Source of the DNA: Promethearchaeota archaeon
Lineage (GTDB): Archaea; Asgardarchaeota; Lokiarchaeia; Sigyniarchaeales; SOKP01
Direction of reading: 5' to 3'
NCBI GenBank assembly: GCA_030606485.1
Contig: JAUWGH010000007.1
Coordinates: 67,320 to 131,319, forward strand
DNA length: 64,000 nucleotides
Position 1 is the stretch's first letter; each line of letters begins with the position of its first letter. Shown here piece by piece: positions 31,324-41,769 of this stretch. A program made the translations under genes and the position numbers. The notes below the pieces were generated by a model. That model was not told where the DNA came from. It worked only from the letters and a program-made list of their open reading frames with translations, and did no database searches.

Positions 31324-31512
31324 TTATATACCAAAATTAGCTAGGAAGAAGTGAATCCCAAAACCCAAACTAATTGAAGAAACAACTATTGTAATAATAT
31401 AAAATTTAATAGAGACTTCTGTACTATATTTAACATATAAAACCAGAACACCCACAAAACCAAAACCAATTATAATTAAAATCCAAGCCCATACGTAAAT
31501 TTGAATTATCAT
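31324..31512 (-). CDS. Possible small membrane protein (2 TM)
   Basis: 62 aa with two clear hydrophobic helices (IYVWAWILIIIGFGFVGVLVLYV and IITIVVSSISLGFGIHFFL). Short, so uncertain. Confidence 0.35.
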   Translation of the reverse strand: MIIQIYVWAWILIIIGFGFVGVLVLYVKYSTEVSIKFYIITIVVSSISLGFGIHFFLANFGI

Positions 31513-31680
31513 TATATCATCATTGATTAAAAAAGATATGAAATAAATATTATATCTATTTTAAATTTATCAATATATTAATTTTTTTTTATTCTTAAAA
31601 AGTTCTATAAAGATAAAAATCAAATATTTTAAATTTTTATTTTATATTATTTCATAAGGAAAATTTGAGGATTAATTTAT

Positions 31681-32460
31681 ATGCATTTTCTTACTTATTT
31701 ACTTCAAAATTCAATGCTGAAAAATCCAGCAGAAGATTATCAAGAAATCCACAAACATTTCACAAGATATTCTAAAGGAGAGTTTACCGGACCAGTAATA
31801 AAAGTTAGATTCACAGCTAATAAAATAACATTATCTGGGAGTTTTGAATATGAGGATTTTATCCAAGAATATGTAGTTTCTGTAATGTCCGATAATGAAA
31901 TTGAAGTGAAATTAGACATCATTGCTGGGTTAGATTTAAAAATAGTTTTTCCAAAGTTAGGTTTAGATTGGCAATTGAAAAAATCAACAGGAAAAATTAA
32001 AAATTTTAAGGGTACATTTCAAGAAAAATTCTCTAAATCAAGATTCCTTGAGGTAATAAAAGAACTAAATAAATATAGTTATTATTTTATCAATTTTAAT
32101 GATCAACAAGGTTTTTCTGTAAAATCCAAAACAAAACCACCACAACCGTCTAAAAAAAAACTAACCCATGCAGAATTTGAAAAATTAACCAAATTTTGTG
32201 TTGGTACAGTAAAAAAAACAAAAAAAAATCAAAAGATTTTATATGAAAAATTAATTCCAGATTTTGAAGATAAAATTCCTGATACAATTAAAATATTTAA
32301 ATTAATTAATATATATAAAATCAATAATATAATCATTCCTAAAGGCTTAAAAAACACCAGCTTGATAAGACTTAAAGCTATAAGAGAAGGAAAATTAGTG
32401 AGAACTATTGAAATTAACAATGATATGGAATATGCGAATTCATTAACTTTCTCATTATAA
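31681..32460 (+). CDS. Hypothetical protein
   Basis: 259-aa ORF with two globular-looking halves separated by a basic KPPQPSKKK linker. No family recognised. Confidence 0.5.
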   Translation: MHFLTYLLQNSMLKNPAEDYQEIHKHFTRYSKGEFTGPVIKVRFTANKITLSGSFEYEDFIQEYVVSVMSDNEIEVKLDIIAGLDLKIVFPKLGLDWQLKKSTGKIKNFKGTFQEKFSKSRFLEVIKELNKYSYYFINFNDQQGFSVKSKTKPPQPSKKKLTHAEFEKLTKFCVGTVKKTKKNQKILYEKLIPDFEDKIPDTIKIFKLINIYKINNIIIPKGLKNTSLIRLKAIREGKLVRTIEINNDMEYANSLTFSL

Positions 32461-32624
32461 AAAATTTTTTAAAAAGCTCTCGATCAATATTGAAATTAAT
32501 TATAGATTGTTTATTTTAAAAAAATTTTAATTTTAGCAAATATTTTCAAATATATTATTTATTTCCTAGAAGTTAGTGATTTCTTATATCTGAACTTGAT
32601 TCCGTATTAAAATCATTTTTATTT

Positions 32625-33164
32625 GTGATCGGAGGCAATATTTGCATTGAAGTTGCAAAAGAGTTATTGAATTCAACAAATAAAGAAATAACCGATGATG
32701 TAATAACGGAAAACATAAAGAAAAGAATTCAAGATTTAAATATTGATTTTGAGCCAAATGATGAAGAAAAATTAAAATTAAATACAGTTCGAAAAACATT
32801 ATATAAATTATATTCAGCAAAATTAGCTCAATTTAGAAGAGTGAGGGATAAAAATACTGGCTGGTTTATCTATTATTGGTGGCATGATTTTGATAAGTTA
32901 AATGAGATTTTACTTGAAAAAGAGCAAAAAATAATAAATAAATTAAGGGATCGATTAAAATATGAGTTAAATAATTATTTTTTTATTTGTGAGAATTGTA
33001 GAAAACCTGAAACTAGATTTATTTTCGATGATGCTGTAGATTTAAATTTCAAATGCCCTGTTGATGGTTGCGGAGGTAATTTAATTGCAGATGAAAACAA
33101 AAAATTAATTGATTTCTTAAAGGAAAAAATAGTTTCGCTTCAAGATACGATTAAAAATTTTTAA
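32625..33164 (+). CDS. tfe: Transcription factor E (TFE-alpha, TFIIE-alpha homolog)
   Basis: 179 aa. The winged-helix block is VRKTLYKLYSAKLAQFRRVRDKNTGWFIYYWWHDF, and the zinc ribbon is CENCRK...(x21)...CPVDGCGGNL. GTG start. Confidence 0.8.
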   Translation: MIGGNICIEVAKELLNSTNKEITDDVITENIKKRIQDLNIDFEPNDEEKLKLNTVRKTLYKLYSAKLAQFRRVRDKNTGWFIYYWWHDFDKLNEILLEKEQKIINKLRDRLKYELNNYFFICENCRKPETRFIFDDAVDLNFKCPVDGCGGNLIADENKKLIDFLKEKIVSLQDTIKNF

Positions 33165-33170
33165 CTCATC

Positions 33171-33728
33171 TCAATTATCAGATTTCTTTTTCTTCCTTAT
33201 AACAATCATATCTCCCAATGTCGTAGGAGCCTTTTTTTGTTGAATATATCTTCTATAGTCACTCTCATCATCTTTTTTTATTTCAATGAGCTTTACATTG
33301 TACGTTTTTTCAATCTTCTTGGCTAATGATATTGTTGGGATTCTTTTTCCGTTTTCAAGGCTTCGGATTAATGATTCTTTCTCATGTAATTTTAAAGCGA
33401 ACTTTTCTTGAGTTAATTTATTTTTTTCTCTTGCTTTTTTAATTTTAACCGCGAAATCACTGACAATTTGTAGATCTGATTCATCATCTTTTTTTACTTT
33501 TGGTCTTGCTATATGAGGAGTAGATACTGATTTACGTCTTATTGGTTTTTTAAAAAAGATTTTTGATTGAGTTTTTGAAGAGGAAGTTATTGAAGTTTTT
33601 TGTCCTAACTTTGAACATGATTGACATACTGTTACTCTAACGCCCTCAACAATAATATGACTAGGGTTCCAAATTTTTCCGCCACATATTGGGCAGTCAT
33701 CGATATAATTTGAATTTTTGTTAAACAT
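33171..33728 (-). CDS. mbf1: Archaeal multiprotein bridging factor 1 (aMBF1): N-terminal zinc ribbon plus C-terminal HTH (XRE type)
   Basis: Contains CPICGGKIW...VCQSCSKLG and the HTH IKKAREKNKLTQEKFALKLHEKESLIRSLENGKRIPTISLAKKIEKTYNVKL. I moved the start to the internal ATG (MFNKNSNYIDDCPICGG, comp. 33728). The 35 codons upstream in the tracked ORF look like AT-rich read-through. Confidence 0.8.
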   Translation of the reverse strand: MFNKNSNYIDDCPICGGKIWNPSHIIVEGVRVTVCQSCSKLGQKTSITSSSKTQSKIFFKKPIRRKSVSTPHIARPKVKKDDESDLQIVSDFAVKIKKAREKNKLTQEKFALKLHEKESLIRSLENGKRIPTISLAKKIEKTYNVKLIEIKKDDESDYRRYIQQKKAPTTLGDMIVIRKKKKSDN

Positions 33729-33966
33729 CTCAATTTTTTTATATATTAGACATAAAAAAAATTTATGTATAAATCTGCTAAAAATATTTTCATTATAATA
33801 ATATTTCAAGATATTGAATTTCTTATCATCCAATAATTACAAGTAAATAAATTTTATATAACATTATTATCATTTTCTTATATCTGAAAAAATATTTTAT
33901 ATTATCATCAAATTTAAATTTTTTAAATATATATTTAGTTATAATAAAAAAGAATGATAAACATTA

Positions 33967-35181
33967 ATGCCCGCTATTAAAGAAAAAGAAAAAAAAGAGG
34001 ATCTTAAAGAAGGAGAGTATTTAGTCACTTATACACGACATCTTGAAAAACGACTTAGAAGCCTAGAGACTGAAAAGCAATTATTAGACGCAGAAAGATT
34101 AAGATTAGAACAAGAACTCCATAGTTTAAGAAATGAAATAGATAGACTTAGAGAACCTCCTTTAGTTACCGCTACTGTTATTGATGTACTTGATGAAAAA
34201 AAGGGAAGAGCGATAGTAAAAAGTTCAACAGGTCCAAGTTTTGTAGTTAATTCAAGTCGAAAAGTTAAAGGGCAAAAAATAGAATCGGGTGTGAGGGTTG
34301 CGCTGAATCAACGAACATTTGCAATTATGGAGATTTTGCCCACAAAATTAGATCCATTTGTTAAGGGTATGGAAGTAATTGATTCTATTCCAGATATTTC
34401 ATATGATGATGTTGGAGGTTTAGAAGAACAAATACAAGAAATTCGAGAAACCGTAGAATTACCATTAAAGAAGCCAGAATTATTTGAAAGAATTGGAATT
34501 GAGCCTCCAAGAGGGGTATTATTATTTGGAGCTCCTGGTACAGGTAAAACATTGGTTGCAAAAGCTGTAGCTCATGAAACACAAGCCAGATTTATCAGAA
34601 TTATTGGTTCTGAGTTAGTTCAAAAGTTTATTGGGGAAGGTGCACGTTTAGTTAGAGAGATATTTCAGTTGGCTAAAGAAAAGGCACCATCAATTATATT
34701 TATTGATGAATTAGATGCAATCGGATCAAGACGATTACAAATTGCCACTTCAGGAGATAGAGAGGTTCAACGAACATTAATGCAACTTCTCAGTGAGATG
34801 GATGGGTTTGACCAAAGAGGGGATGTTAAAATCATTGGCGCCACTAATAGACCTGATATACTAGATCCTGCTCTATTAAGACCTGGTAGGTTTGATAGAT
34901 TAATAGATTTTCCAATTCCTGGATGGCAAGAAAGAGAGAGTATTTTTAAGATTCATATGAGAGGCATGAATATTGACAAATCAAACTTTAATTTAAATAG
35001 ATTAGTGGATATGACAAAAGGAGCCACAGGAGCGGATATAAAAGGAATATGTACTGAAGCGGGTATGTTTGCGATTAGGAGAGAAGCAGAAAATATCTCC
35101 TTTAAGGACTTTTTAGAAGCTGCATCTAAAGTTCTAGCAAAAATGAAAGAAAAAAGTATAGAATCAAAACTTTACTCTTAA
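33967..35181 (+). CDS. pan: Proteasome-activating nucleotidase PAN (Rpt-like AAA+ ATPase)
   Basis: 404 aa. It has an N-terminal coiled coil, an OB domain, Walker [10 protein letters not shown] and Walker B IIFIDELD. The C-terminal L-Y-S fits the HbYX proteasome-docking motif. Confidence 0.95.
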   Translation: MPAIKEKEKKEDLKEGEYLVTYTRHLEKRLRSLETEKQLLDAERLRLEQELHSLRNEIDRLREPPLVTATVIDVLDEKKGRAIVKSSTGPSFVVNSSRKVKGQKIESGVRVALNQRTFAIMEILPTKLDPFVKGMEVIDSIPDISYDDVGGLEEQIQEIRETVELPLKKPELFERIGIEPPRGVLLFGAPGTGKTLVAKAVAHETQARFIRIIGSELVQKFIGEGARLVREIFQLAKEKAPSIIFIDELDAIGSRRLQIATSGDREVQRTLMQLLSEMDGFDQRGDVKIIGATNRPDILDPALLRPGRFDRLIDFPIPGWQERESIFKIHMRGMNIDKSNFNLNRLVDMTKGATGADIKGICTEAGMFAIRREAENISFKDFLEAASKVLAKMKEKSIESKLYS

Positions 35182-35243
35182 CTTAAAAATTATTTCTTTT
35201 TTATGATAAATTTTATTTTGTTATTCATTTCTATTTTATTATA

Positions 35244-35741
35244 ATGCGTTTAGAAGATATTTCATCTAATACAAACATAATTGCATTTCGAAAAATTAAG
35301 TCATTATCAGATTTTATTTTCGGTAATGAAATTACCAATCTTTTTTTTAATGATAAAAGTAATTGTAAAATAGAAAGATCCAAGAAAACAAAAAAAATTA
35401 AATTTATTTATCACAACAATAATCTTTCATTTATTTTAAGACCAACTTCCGGGTATTTTGCTTTAACTTTATATTCCGCTCAAAAAATAATTGATCATAT
35501 ACCTCCTCCTAAATTAAGAGCGATTGTACAAAATGATGTTTCGGAATTTATTAAAAAGGGGAGGAGTGTTTTTTGCAAACATATAATAAAAATCGATGAA
35601 AATTTAAGACCGAATGATGAGGTTATTGTTGTTAATGAAAATGATGAATTATTAGGAATTGGAAAGTTAAAGCTGCCAGTTGATTATCTCTTATCATTTG
35701 ATAAAGGTGTCGGAATAAAAATTAGAAAAGGAAATAAATAA
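35244..35741 (+). CDS. PUA-domain RNA-binding protein (COG1370-like)
   Basis: 165 aa. The C-terminal PUA pattern is KGRSVFCKHIIKIDENLRPNDEVIVVNENDELLGIGKLKL. Confidence 0.6.
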   Translation: MRLEDISSNTNIIAFRKIKSLSDFIFGNEITNLFFNDKSNCKIERSKKTKKIKFIYHNNNLSFILRPTSGYFALTLYSAQKIIDHIPPPKLRAIVQNDVSEFIKKGRSVFCKHIIKIDENLRPNDEVIVVNENDELLGIGKLKLPVDYLLSFDKGVGIKIRKGNK

Positions 35742-35800
35742 AATAATATTTCTCATTAAATGTATTAATTAATATCATAATGAATTTTTGGTGAATTTTT

Positions 35801-36289
35801 TTGGTTAAAGTTCCAAAAGATCTTCAGAAAAAAAAAAAAGATGTCCCGAAACGACCACAACCTAAAGTTGCAAGAAAAGGTGAACAATCTTTTGGGTCAA
35901 GGGCCATGAGAAGAAAAATGCAGCAACAAGGAATCTCCATGGATCCAATTGATGTGAATAGAGTAATCTTTGAGACTGAAGATAAAACTATGGTAATAGA
36001 GCAACCAGAAGTCTTCTTAATGAAACAGATGGGGCAGGAAATATATCAAGTTATTGGAACGGCAGAAGAAAAAACAATTGGTATTTCAAGCGTAGAATCA
36101 GGTCAAATTGCAGATTCAACTGAAATGGAAGAAATTATTAATGAAGAATTAAAGCCAGAAATTACAGAAAATGACATACAACTCGTCGCCGCCCAAGCAA
36201 CTGTTTCATTAAAAGAAGCTGAAGCAGCATTAAAAGATTCTAATGGTAATATCGCTCAAGCAATTATTTTTTTAAAAAATAGACCGTAA
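35801..36289 (+). CDS. nac: Nascent polypeptide-associated complex protein (aNAC: NAC domain plus UBA)
   Basis: The NAC domain is VNRVIFETEDKTMVIEQPEVFLMKQMGQEIYQVIG, and the C-terminal UBA is ENDIQLVAAQATVSLKEAEAALKDSNGNIAQAIIFL. The tracked TTG start adds a ~35-aa basic extension. An alternative ATG at 35906 would give a conventional length. Confidence 0.85.
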   Translation: MVKVPKDLQKKKKDVPKRPQPKVARKGEQSFGSRAMRRKMQQQGISMDPIDVNRVIFETEDKTMVIEQPEVFLMKQMGQEIYQVIGTAEEKTIGISSVESGQIADSTEMEEIINEELKPEITENDIQLVAAQATVSLKEAEAALKDSNGNIAQAIIFLKNRP

Positions 36290-36357
36290 TTAATTACCAA
36301 AAATTAAAGTAAGATAATATATTTTTTATGATATAAATTTTCAATAAAACATATTAA

Positions 36358-36741
36358 TTGTTGAAAATGTCTAAAAAAGAAAAAAAGAAACCATCTGCGT
36401 TACCTGAGATACCCGATTTAGATAAAGAATTTTTAAGTATAATTCAATTTACAGGTTGGATCTCACTTCTAATTGGTGGAGCTCTGCTTGTTTTAAATCT
36501 ATATCTCGCTTTTATAGATGAAAACCATATAATAACAATAGGGGACATAGAGATAGGGATTACTAGAACATCTGTTATTACAATGATCTTTAGCATTACA
36601 ACAACGATTTTTTGTTTTGGCATGGTTGATTTAATAAAAAAGGATCTCTCAAAAAAGAAACAATATTTTATGTCTTGGTTAATTGGAGAATTCCTATTAG
36701 CTATGTTTGGAGTCTTTTCTTTAGCAGTATATCAATGGTAA
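36358..36741 (+). CDS. Hypothetical membrane protein (3-4 TM)
   Basis: 127 aa, with a basic N-terminus followed by hydrophobic helices. Confidence 0.5.
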   Translation: MLKMSKKEKKKPSALPEIPDLDKEFLSIIQFTGWISLLIGGALLVLNLYLAFIDENHIITIGDIEIGITRTSVITMIFSITTTIFCFGMVDLIKKDLSKKKQYFMSWLIGEFLLAMFGVFSLAVYQW

Positions 36742-36769
36742 CTCCGAGTTCTTAATCTAAATTTCTATT

Positions 36770-37126
36770 TTAGATATATTCTTCCCTATAAGGCACAAAT
36801 GCTTCAATTACTTCGGCCTCTTCTAATATGAATGCCCCATGTTTTTGATTAGAATTAAAAATGTAGGAATCTCCCTTTTTTGTTATAAATGTTTCCATTT
36901 TCCCCCCTACTTCTATCTCAAACCTTATCTTTCCTCTTAAAACAAAACCTGCTTGACTCGATATATGAGTATGAATAGGAATAGTAGCATTTTTCTCTAA
37001 TAAAAATTGACAAAGCATTAAATTTTCATTAAAAACTAATGTCTTTCTATATATTCCATCTAACATTTTAACAAATTTTATCTCTTCTAATCCAATTTTA
37101 AACTTCTCATTCAAAATATAAAGCAC
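36770..37126 (-). CDS. Cupin-domain protein
   Basis: 118 aa. Cupin motif 1-like IPIHTHISSQAGFVLRGK and motif 2-like GDSYIFNSNQKHGAF. Confidence 0.7.
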   Translation of the reverse strand: MLYILNEKFKIGLEEIKFVKMLDGIYRKTLVFNENLMLCQFLLEKNATIPIHTHISSQAGFVLRGKIRFEIEVGGKMETFITKKGDSYIFNSNQKHGAFILEEAEVIEAFVPYREEYI

Positions 37127-37630
37127 CTAAACAATACATACTTTTTTTACAATTAAATTAGAAATTTATTTCTTTAAATATGACAGTTTTATTTTTTCTA
37201 TTATTATAATTTTCTGAATTTCAAAATCAATTCTTTAAAAAAATTTAAAAATTAGAAAGTTAGCAAACTCTCTCAAAATAAACGACATAAAAAAATAATA
37301 AATAAAAATTTAAAATATTTAAAAAAATCTCAATTTAATATATCAAATCATAATATAATCAATCAATAAATATCTAAGCGCACATTAATAAATTTTCTTA
37401 TGGTGGTAATAATTTTTTTAAAAAATAAAAAAAACATTAGTTTTTTATATCTAAAAAATAAATTATTAATTCAATTGTATCAAATTATTCTAACAGAGGG
37501 AAACGGAGAGGTGCCGACAAAATACGACAAAAAGAATCACTTATTTCGAATAAAACTCTTTTCTTTTAGGAAAAAAATATCCAACCCTTAAATACAAGTA
37601 TTAAAAATAATTTTAAAAAAATGAATAATT

Positions 37631-39793
37631 ATGGTCATTACAATACAAGATAAAGATTTAAAAGATTCGAAAGAAAAAAATGCTAAACAAAATCAACATC
37701 ACATGTGGTATATCAAAAATCTTCTTCCAAAAGTCTTTCAATCTAAAGGAGATGTAGTTAATTTTGATCCCATTAAGATTGAAGAAAGTATTATCAAAGA
37801 AACTAACATGGACATAGAAGAAGCGAAAATAATAACCGAAAAAGTAGTTAGAAGAATCATATCATCAAATATAAAGTTTCTCTCGGGACCACATATTAGA
37901 GAATTAGTATGTTCCGTCTTGTCTGAACAAGGTTTTGAAAATGAAAGAAAACTTTATACAAGAATCGGTATGCCTCTAATGGATTATGAGCGACTCTTAT
38001 ATAAAGGAACTAAAGAAAATGCAAATCAATTTTCTAATCCAGAATCAATTCATAATTGGAGTGCTGATAGTTTAGCCGAAGAATACGCACTCTTAAGATT
38101 ACTTACCACAGAACAATCCCATGCACATTTATCTGGGGATATCCACGTTCATATGCTGAGATACTTCGATTTACGTCCGTTCTGCCAGGAATGGGACCTA
38201 AGATTAATATTAAAGTATGGACTTCCCCCAACAAAAACATGGAGCCACTCAGCATGCTCAGGACCCGCAAAATCTGCTATGGTAGCAATGCTACATGCAG
38301 CAAAATGGTTAGGAATAGTACAGGGAGAATTTAGTGGAGGTCAAGGCTATGACAACTTTACTACAATGATTTCACCATATATTTCAGGTTTAAATGAAAA
38401 AGATATAAAACAAGCAGCCCAATGTTTTATTTTTGAAACAAATCAAATATTTGCTGCACGAGGAGGTCAAGTTCCATTTACCTCTATATCATGCACACCC
38501 ACAGTACCTAAAATATTAGAAGAAATAGATGCCATTGGTAAAGGTGGAAAGGTTGTTGGTAAATATGGTGACTTCAAAGATGAAACCCTAAAATTATTCA
38601 ATGCTTTAACTGAAATCTATTACGAAGGAGATGGGTTTGGAAAACTCTTTGCATTTCCAAAGCATGAAATTAAATTGAAAAAAGAATGGATGATAAAATA
38701 TGAAGATGCCTATTTAAAATTAATGGAGGAAACTGCTAAATTTGGAACGCCATACTTTCTAAATACCTGCGCCGATTGGCTTCCCGATGAAGTACACAGC
38801 CAATGTTGTAGAATAATATTAACTCCCGATGGTATGAGAAAAACATGTGATGACCCTGATGCTTTTGATTGGACAAAATCATACATGAATATGGGCTCGC
38901 TTCAAAGTATTTCCGTTAATTTACCCAGAGTTGCATATCAAGCAAATGGCGATGATGATAAATTATTCGAAATATTGGGTGATCGTCTTAACATGATGAA
39001 AGACATAAATCTTATTAAACTTAATATTCTTAAACAAAGATTAAAGGATGGGCAATTACCGCTTTGTGCAAGCGTGGTTGATGGAAACCAATTACTTGAT
39101 ATGAGAAAACAAAGCCTCTCAATTGGTTTCACTGGATTGAACGAAATGGTCCAATATCATACCGGACAAGAATTACATGAATCAAACAATGCTTATAATT
39201 TTGGAAAAAAAGTTCTACAATTTCTGTCAGACAGAACGGAAGAATTTAAATACCATCCCGATAACACTCAAAAGATTAAGTTTAGCCTCTGGGAACAACC
39301 TGCGGAAAGCTCCTGTGAGAGATTTGCAAAGTTAGACCTAAAACATTATAAAAGTAAAGTTAACTATAGAGGAACAAAAGATTCTCCTTATTATACTAAT
39401 AGTGGTCATCTAAATTATGATGCTGACATTCCACTTTTCGAAAGAATATTAAAACAAGCAGAATTTCACCCTATTATTAAAGGTGGAGTAATTACTCATT
39501 TATGGATGGGCGAGCAAAAACCAGATCCAGAGGGTTTATGGCAAATGACGAAAAAAATCGCTTTTAACACCAATACAGCTTATTTTGCTTATACTTTTGA
39601 TTTTTCTTATTGCACAAAATGCGGACTTTTTATTCAAGGAGTTCATGATGAATGCAGTAATCCAAGATGTGATGGGAAGGGGAGAGATATTGAAATTTAT
39701 TCAAGGGTTACCGGGTATTATTCTCGTGTAGACCGTTGGAATAAAGGTAAGGCACAAGAATTTAAAGATAGAAAACGCTATGGCTTTATTTAA
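37631..39793 (+). CDS. nrdD: Anaerobic ribonucleoside-triphosphate reductase (class III, NrdD) with N-terminal ATP-cone
   Basis: 720 aa. It has an ATP-cone-like N-terminus (VVNFDPIKIEESIIKE...). The C-terminal zinc site is CTKCG...CSNPRC, followed by the glycyl-radical motif SRVTGYYSRV. Confidence 0.95.
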   Translation: MVITIQDKDLKDSKEKNAKQNQHHMWYIKNLLPKVFQSKGDVVNFDPIKIEESIIKETNMDIEEAKIITEKVVRRIISSNIKFLSGPHIRELVCSVLSEQGFENERKLYTRIGMPLMDYERLLYKGTKENANQFSNPESIHNWSADSLAEEYALLRLLTTEQSHAHLSGDIHVHMLRYFDLRPFCQEWDLRLILKYGLPPTKTWSHSACSGPAKSAMVAMLHAAKWLGIVQGEFSGGQGYDNFTTMISPYISGLNEKDIKQAAQCFIFETNQIFAARGGQVPFTSISCTPTVPKILEEIDAIGKGGKVVGKYGDFKDETLKLFNALTEIYYEGDGFGKLFAFPKHEIKLKKEWMIKYEDAYLKLMEETAKFGTPYFLNTCADWLPDEVHSQCCRIILTPDGMRKTCDDPDAFDWTKSYMNMGSLQSISVNLPRVAYQANGDDDKLFEILGDRLNMMKDINLIKLNILKQRLKDGQLPLCASVVDGNQLLDMRKQSLSIGFTGLNEMVQYHTGQELHESNNAYNFGKKVLQFLSDRTEEFKYHPDNTQKIKFSLWEQPAESSCERFAKLDLKHYKSKVNYRGTKDSPYYTNSGHLNYDADIPLFERILKQAEFHPIIKGGVITHLWMGEQKPDPEGLWQMTKKIAFNTNTAYFAYTFDFSYCTKCGLFIQGVHDECSNPRCDGKGRDIEIYSRVTGYYSRVDRWNKGKAQEFKDRKRYGFI

Positions 39794-39888
39794 TTTTTTT
39801 TATCTTTTTTCTCCAATTCTATTTATATTCTTAATAAAAAATTAAAAACTTAGCTAATTTTTTTAAAATTCCAATAACTTAATTATAT

Positions 39889-40224
39889 ATGAGCTCATTT
39901 TCCAAAGATTTAACTATTTTAAACCTTCAAAAAGAAATTGATAATTGGATTATCAATGAAGGTGGCGGATATTGGCCACCTCTCTCAATGTTGGCTGCCA
40001 TTCTTGAAGAGTTGGGTGAGGTTTCGCGTGAAATTAATATTATAGAAAAAATTAAACCCCCCAAATCTGATCAGGTTAAGGGAGATCTTGGCATGGAATT
40101 AGCAGATCTAGTTATCTCAATAATATGTACTGCTAATTATTATAAAATTGATCTAACTCAAAAACTGATCGAAAAAATTAAGCAAATAAAAATTAGAGAT
40201 AAAAATAGATTTATTAAATTATAA
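39889..40224 (+). CDS. MazG-like nucleoside triphosphate pyrophosphohydrolase
   Basis: 111 aa, with the EExGE-type motif LEELGEVSRE and a second acidic helix MELADLVISI, as in small all-alpha MazG proteins. Confidence 0.75.
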   Translation: MSSFSKDLTILNLQKEIDNWIINEGGGYWPPLSMLAAILEELGEVSREINIIEKIKPPKSDQVKGDLGMELADLVISIICTANYYKIDLTQKLIEKIKQIKIRDKNRFIKL

Positions 40225-40241
40225 AAAAATAATTGATTAAT

Positions 40242-41642
40242 TTATTCAATCATTTTGCAGATATTTTCTATTTTCGCTACAGTCTCATCAACTATTTCAT
40301 TTGTATGTTGCATACAAGTATAAAATCTACTCCCCGCAACTGAAATTATATTTTCACAAACTAACGCCGCACCTAAATGCTCCATAAATTCCTTACGTTC
40401 CCTTATTTGACCAAAATGTTTAGGGTTATCCATATCTAAGCTCATTACAGCAGATGTATGCATATGAACGGTGGCATTGAAATTATAAGAAATCCATGGT
40501 AAATTATATTTTTTAAATATTTCATTTAATCCATTTGCCAACCGGGATCCTATTTTTCCTGCCTTCTCAGAAGCATTAGTTTCCTCAACAAATTTTATTG
40601 CCCAGTATGCTGCTGCACACGTTAATGGGTTTGCAGCAAGAGTTCCACCACAATATGCTCTCTTTCTACCACCGCCTACTCCTGCAGCAATATATTGCAT
40701 AATTTCCGCTCGACCACCAATTGCGGCAGCAGATGGGTATCCATGACCTACAATTTTACCAAATATCGAAATATCAGGTTTATATCCAAAATAAGCTTGT
40801 CCCCCACCCATATGTAATCTAAAAGCGCAAACAACTTCGTCACTTATCATTAACGCCCCATTTTTATGACAAAGTTCTTCTACTTCTTTATTAAATCCGG
40901 GTCTTACGGGATTTGCTCCACTCTCTGGCCCCATAGGTTCGAGTAACACTGCCGCAATTTTCTTCTTCTCTTTAAATAATTGTCTTAACGCTTCAATATC
41001 ATTTGGCTTGACTGACTCTATAAATTTAAACACCGGTTTTGGAATTCCATGTGATTCTAAAGTTTTTGTACCAGGAATGTGCAAATCATAAACTAATTGA
41101 TCACTCCATCCATGATAACCTCCTCCTATCTTAATAATCCATTTCCTACCAGTAAAAATTCGAGCTACTCTTATTGCTAACATATCTGCCTCAGTACCTG
41201 ACTGAAGCCATCGTATGTTTTCACAGGAAGGAAAGTGTTTTTGTAGTTCTTCTGCAGCTAAAATCTCATATTCATTTGTAATTCCATGACAAGACCCAAT
41301 TTCCTTTATAACTTCTATTACTTTCTCTGTATGAGGTGGATAATTATGTCCTAAAATGGTTGGACCTCCATTCATGAGGAAATCTACTAATTTAATATCA
41401 TCAACGGTCCACATATAACACCCATCAACCCTTTTGGATGCTAAAGGAAATGGAAAATTAAATGCAAGATTATGCTCCACACCACCCGGAATGATCTTTC
41501 GGGCTCTATCATATAATTCCTTTGATTTCTTATGTGTTTCCGTATATTTTTTAACAATTTTTTTTAATTCATCTGGCTTAAATTTCCTTAAAGGATTATT
41601 AACTATACCTTTTATTCCTTCCATTATTTCATTATAATTCAT
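40242..41642 (-). CDS. Class III PLP-dependent aminotransferase/aminomutase (HemL-like fold; specificity unknown)
   Basis: 466 aa. Contains SGTEADMLAIRVAR, DEVVCAFRLHMGGGQAYFGYKPDISIFGKIVGHGYP (PLP lysine in FGK) and GTLAANP. It lacks the GGVNSPVRAF motif of bona fide GSA aminomutase. Confidence 0.75.
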   Translation of the reverse strand: MNYNEIMEGIKGIVNNPLRKFKPDELKKIVKKYTETHKKSKELYDRARKIIPGGVEHNLAFNFPFPLASKRVDGCYMWTVDDIKLVDFLMNGGPTILGHNYPPHTEKVIEVIKEIGSCHGITNEYEILAAEELQKHFPSCENIRWLQSGTEADMLAIRVARIFTGRKWIIKIGGGYHGWSDQLVYDLHIPGTKTLESHGIPKPVFKFIESVKPNDIEALRQLFKEKKKIAAVLLEPMGPESGANPVRPGFNKEVEELCHKNGALMISDEVVCAFRLHMGGGQAYFGYKPDISIFGKIVGHGYPSAAAIGGRAEIMQYIAAGVGGGRKRAYCGGTLAANPLTCAAAYWAIKFVEETNASEKAGKIGSRLANGLNEIFKKYNLPWISYNFNATVHMHTSAVMSLDMDNPKHFGQIRERKEFMEHLGAALVCENIISVAGSRFYTCMQHTNEIVDETVAKIENICKMIE

Positions 41643-41769
41643 ATTTCATTAATCACTTTCACTAATTTTGAAAAGTCTTTGACAATGTGCTTTTTTATTT
41701 AATAATATTTAAAAAATTAAAACAAAATATTAATTTAAGCAAAAAACATTTTTAATAAGAACTTAAAAT

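Noticed and set aside
37400-37591. 63-aa ORF and a slightly GC-richer patch (ACAGAGGGAAACGGAGAGGTGCCGAC, ~37495-37520) in the 500-bp spacer upstream of nrdD; considered as a riboswitch or leader peptide
   Set aside because: The ORF translation is K/N/L/I low complexity. I could not fold the patch into a convincing helix or match it to any riboswitch class I know. It remains an unexplained spacer.
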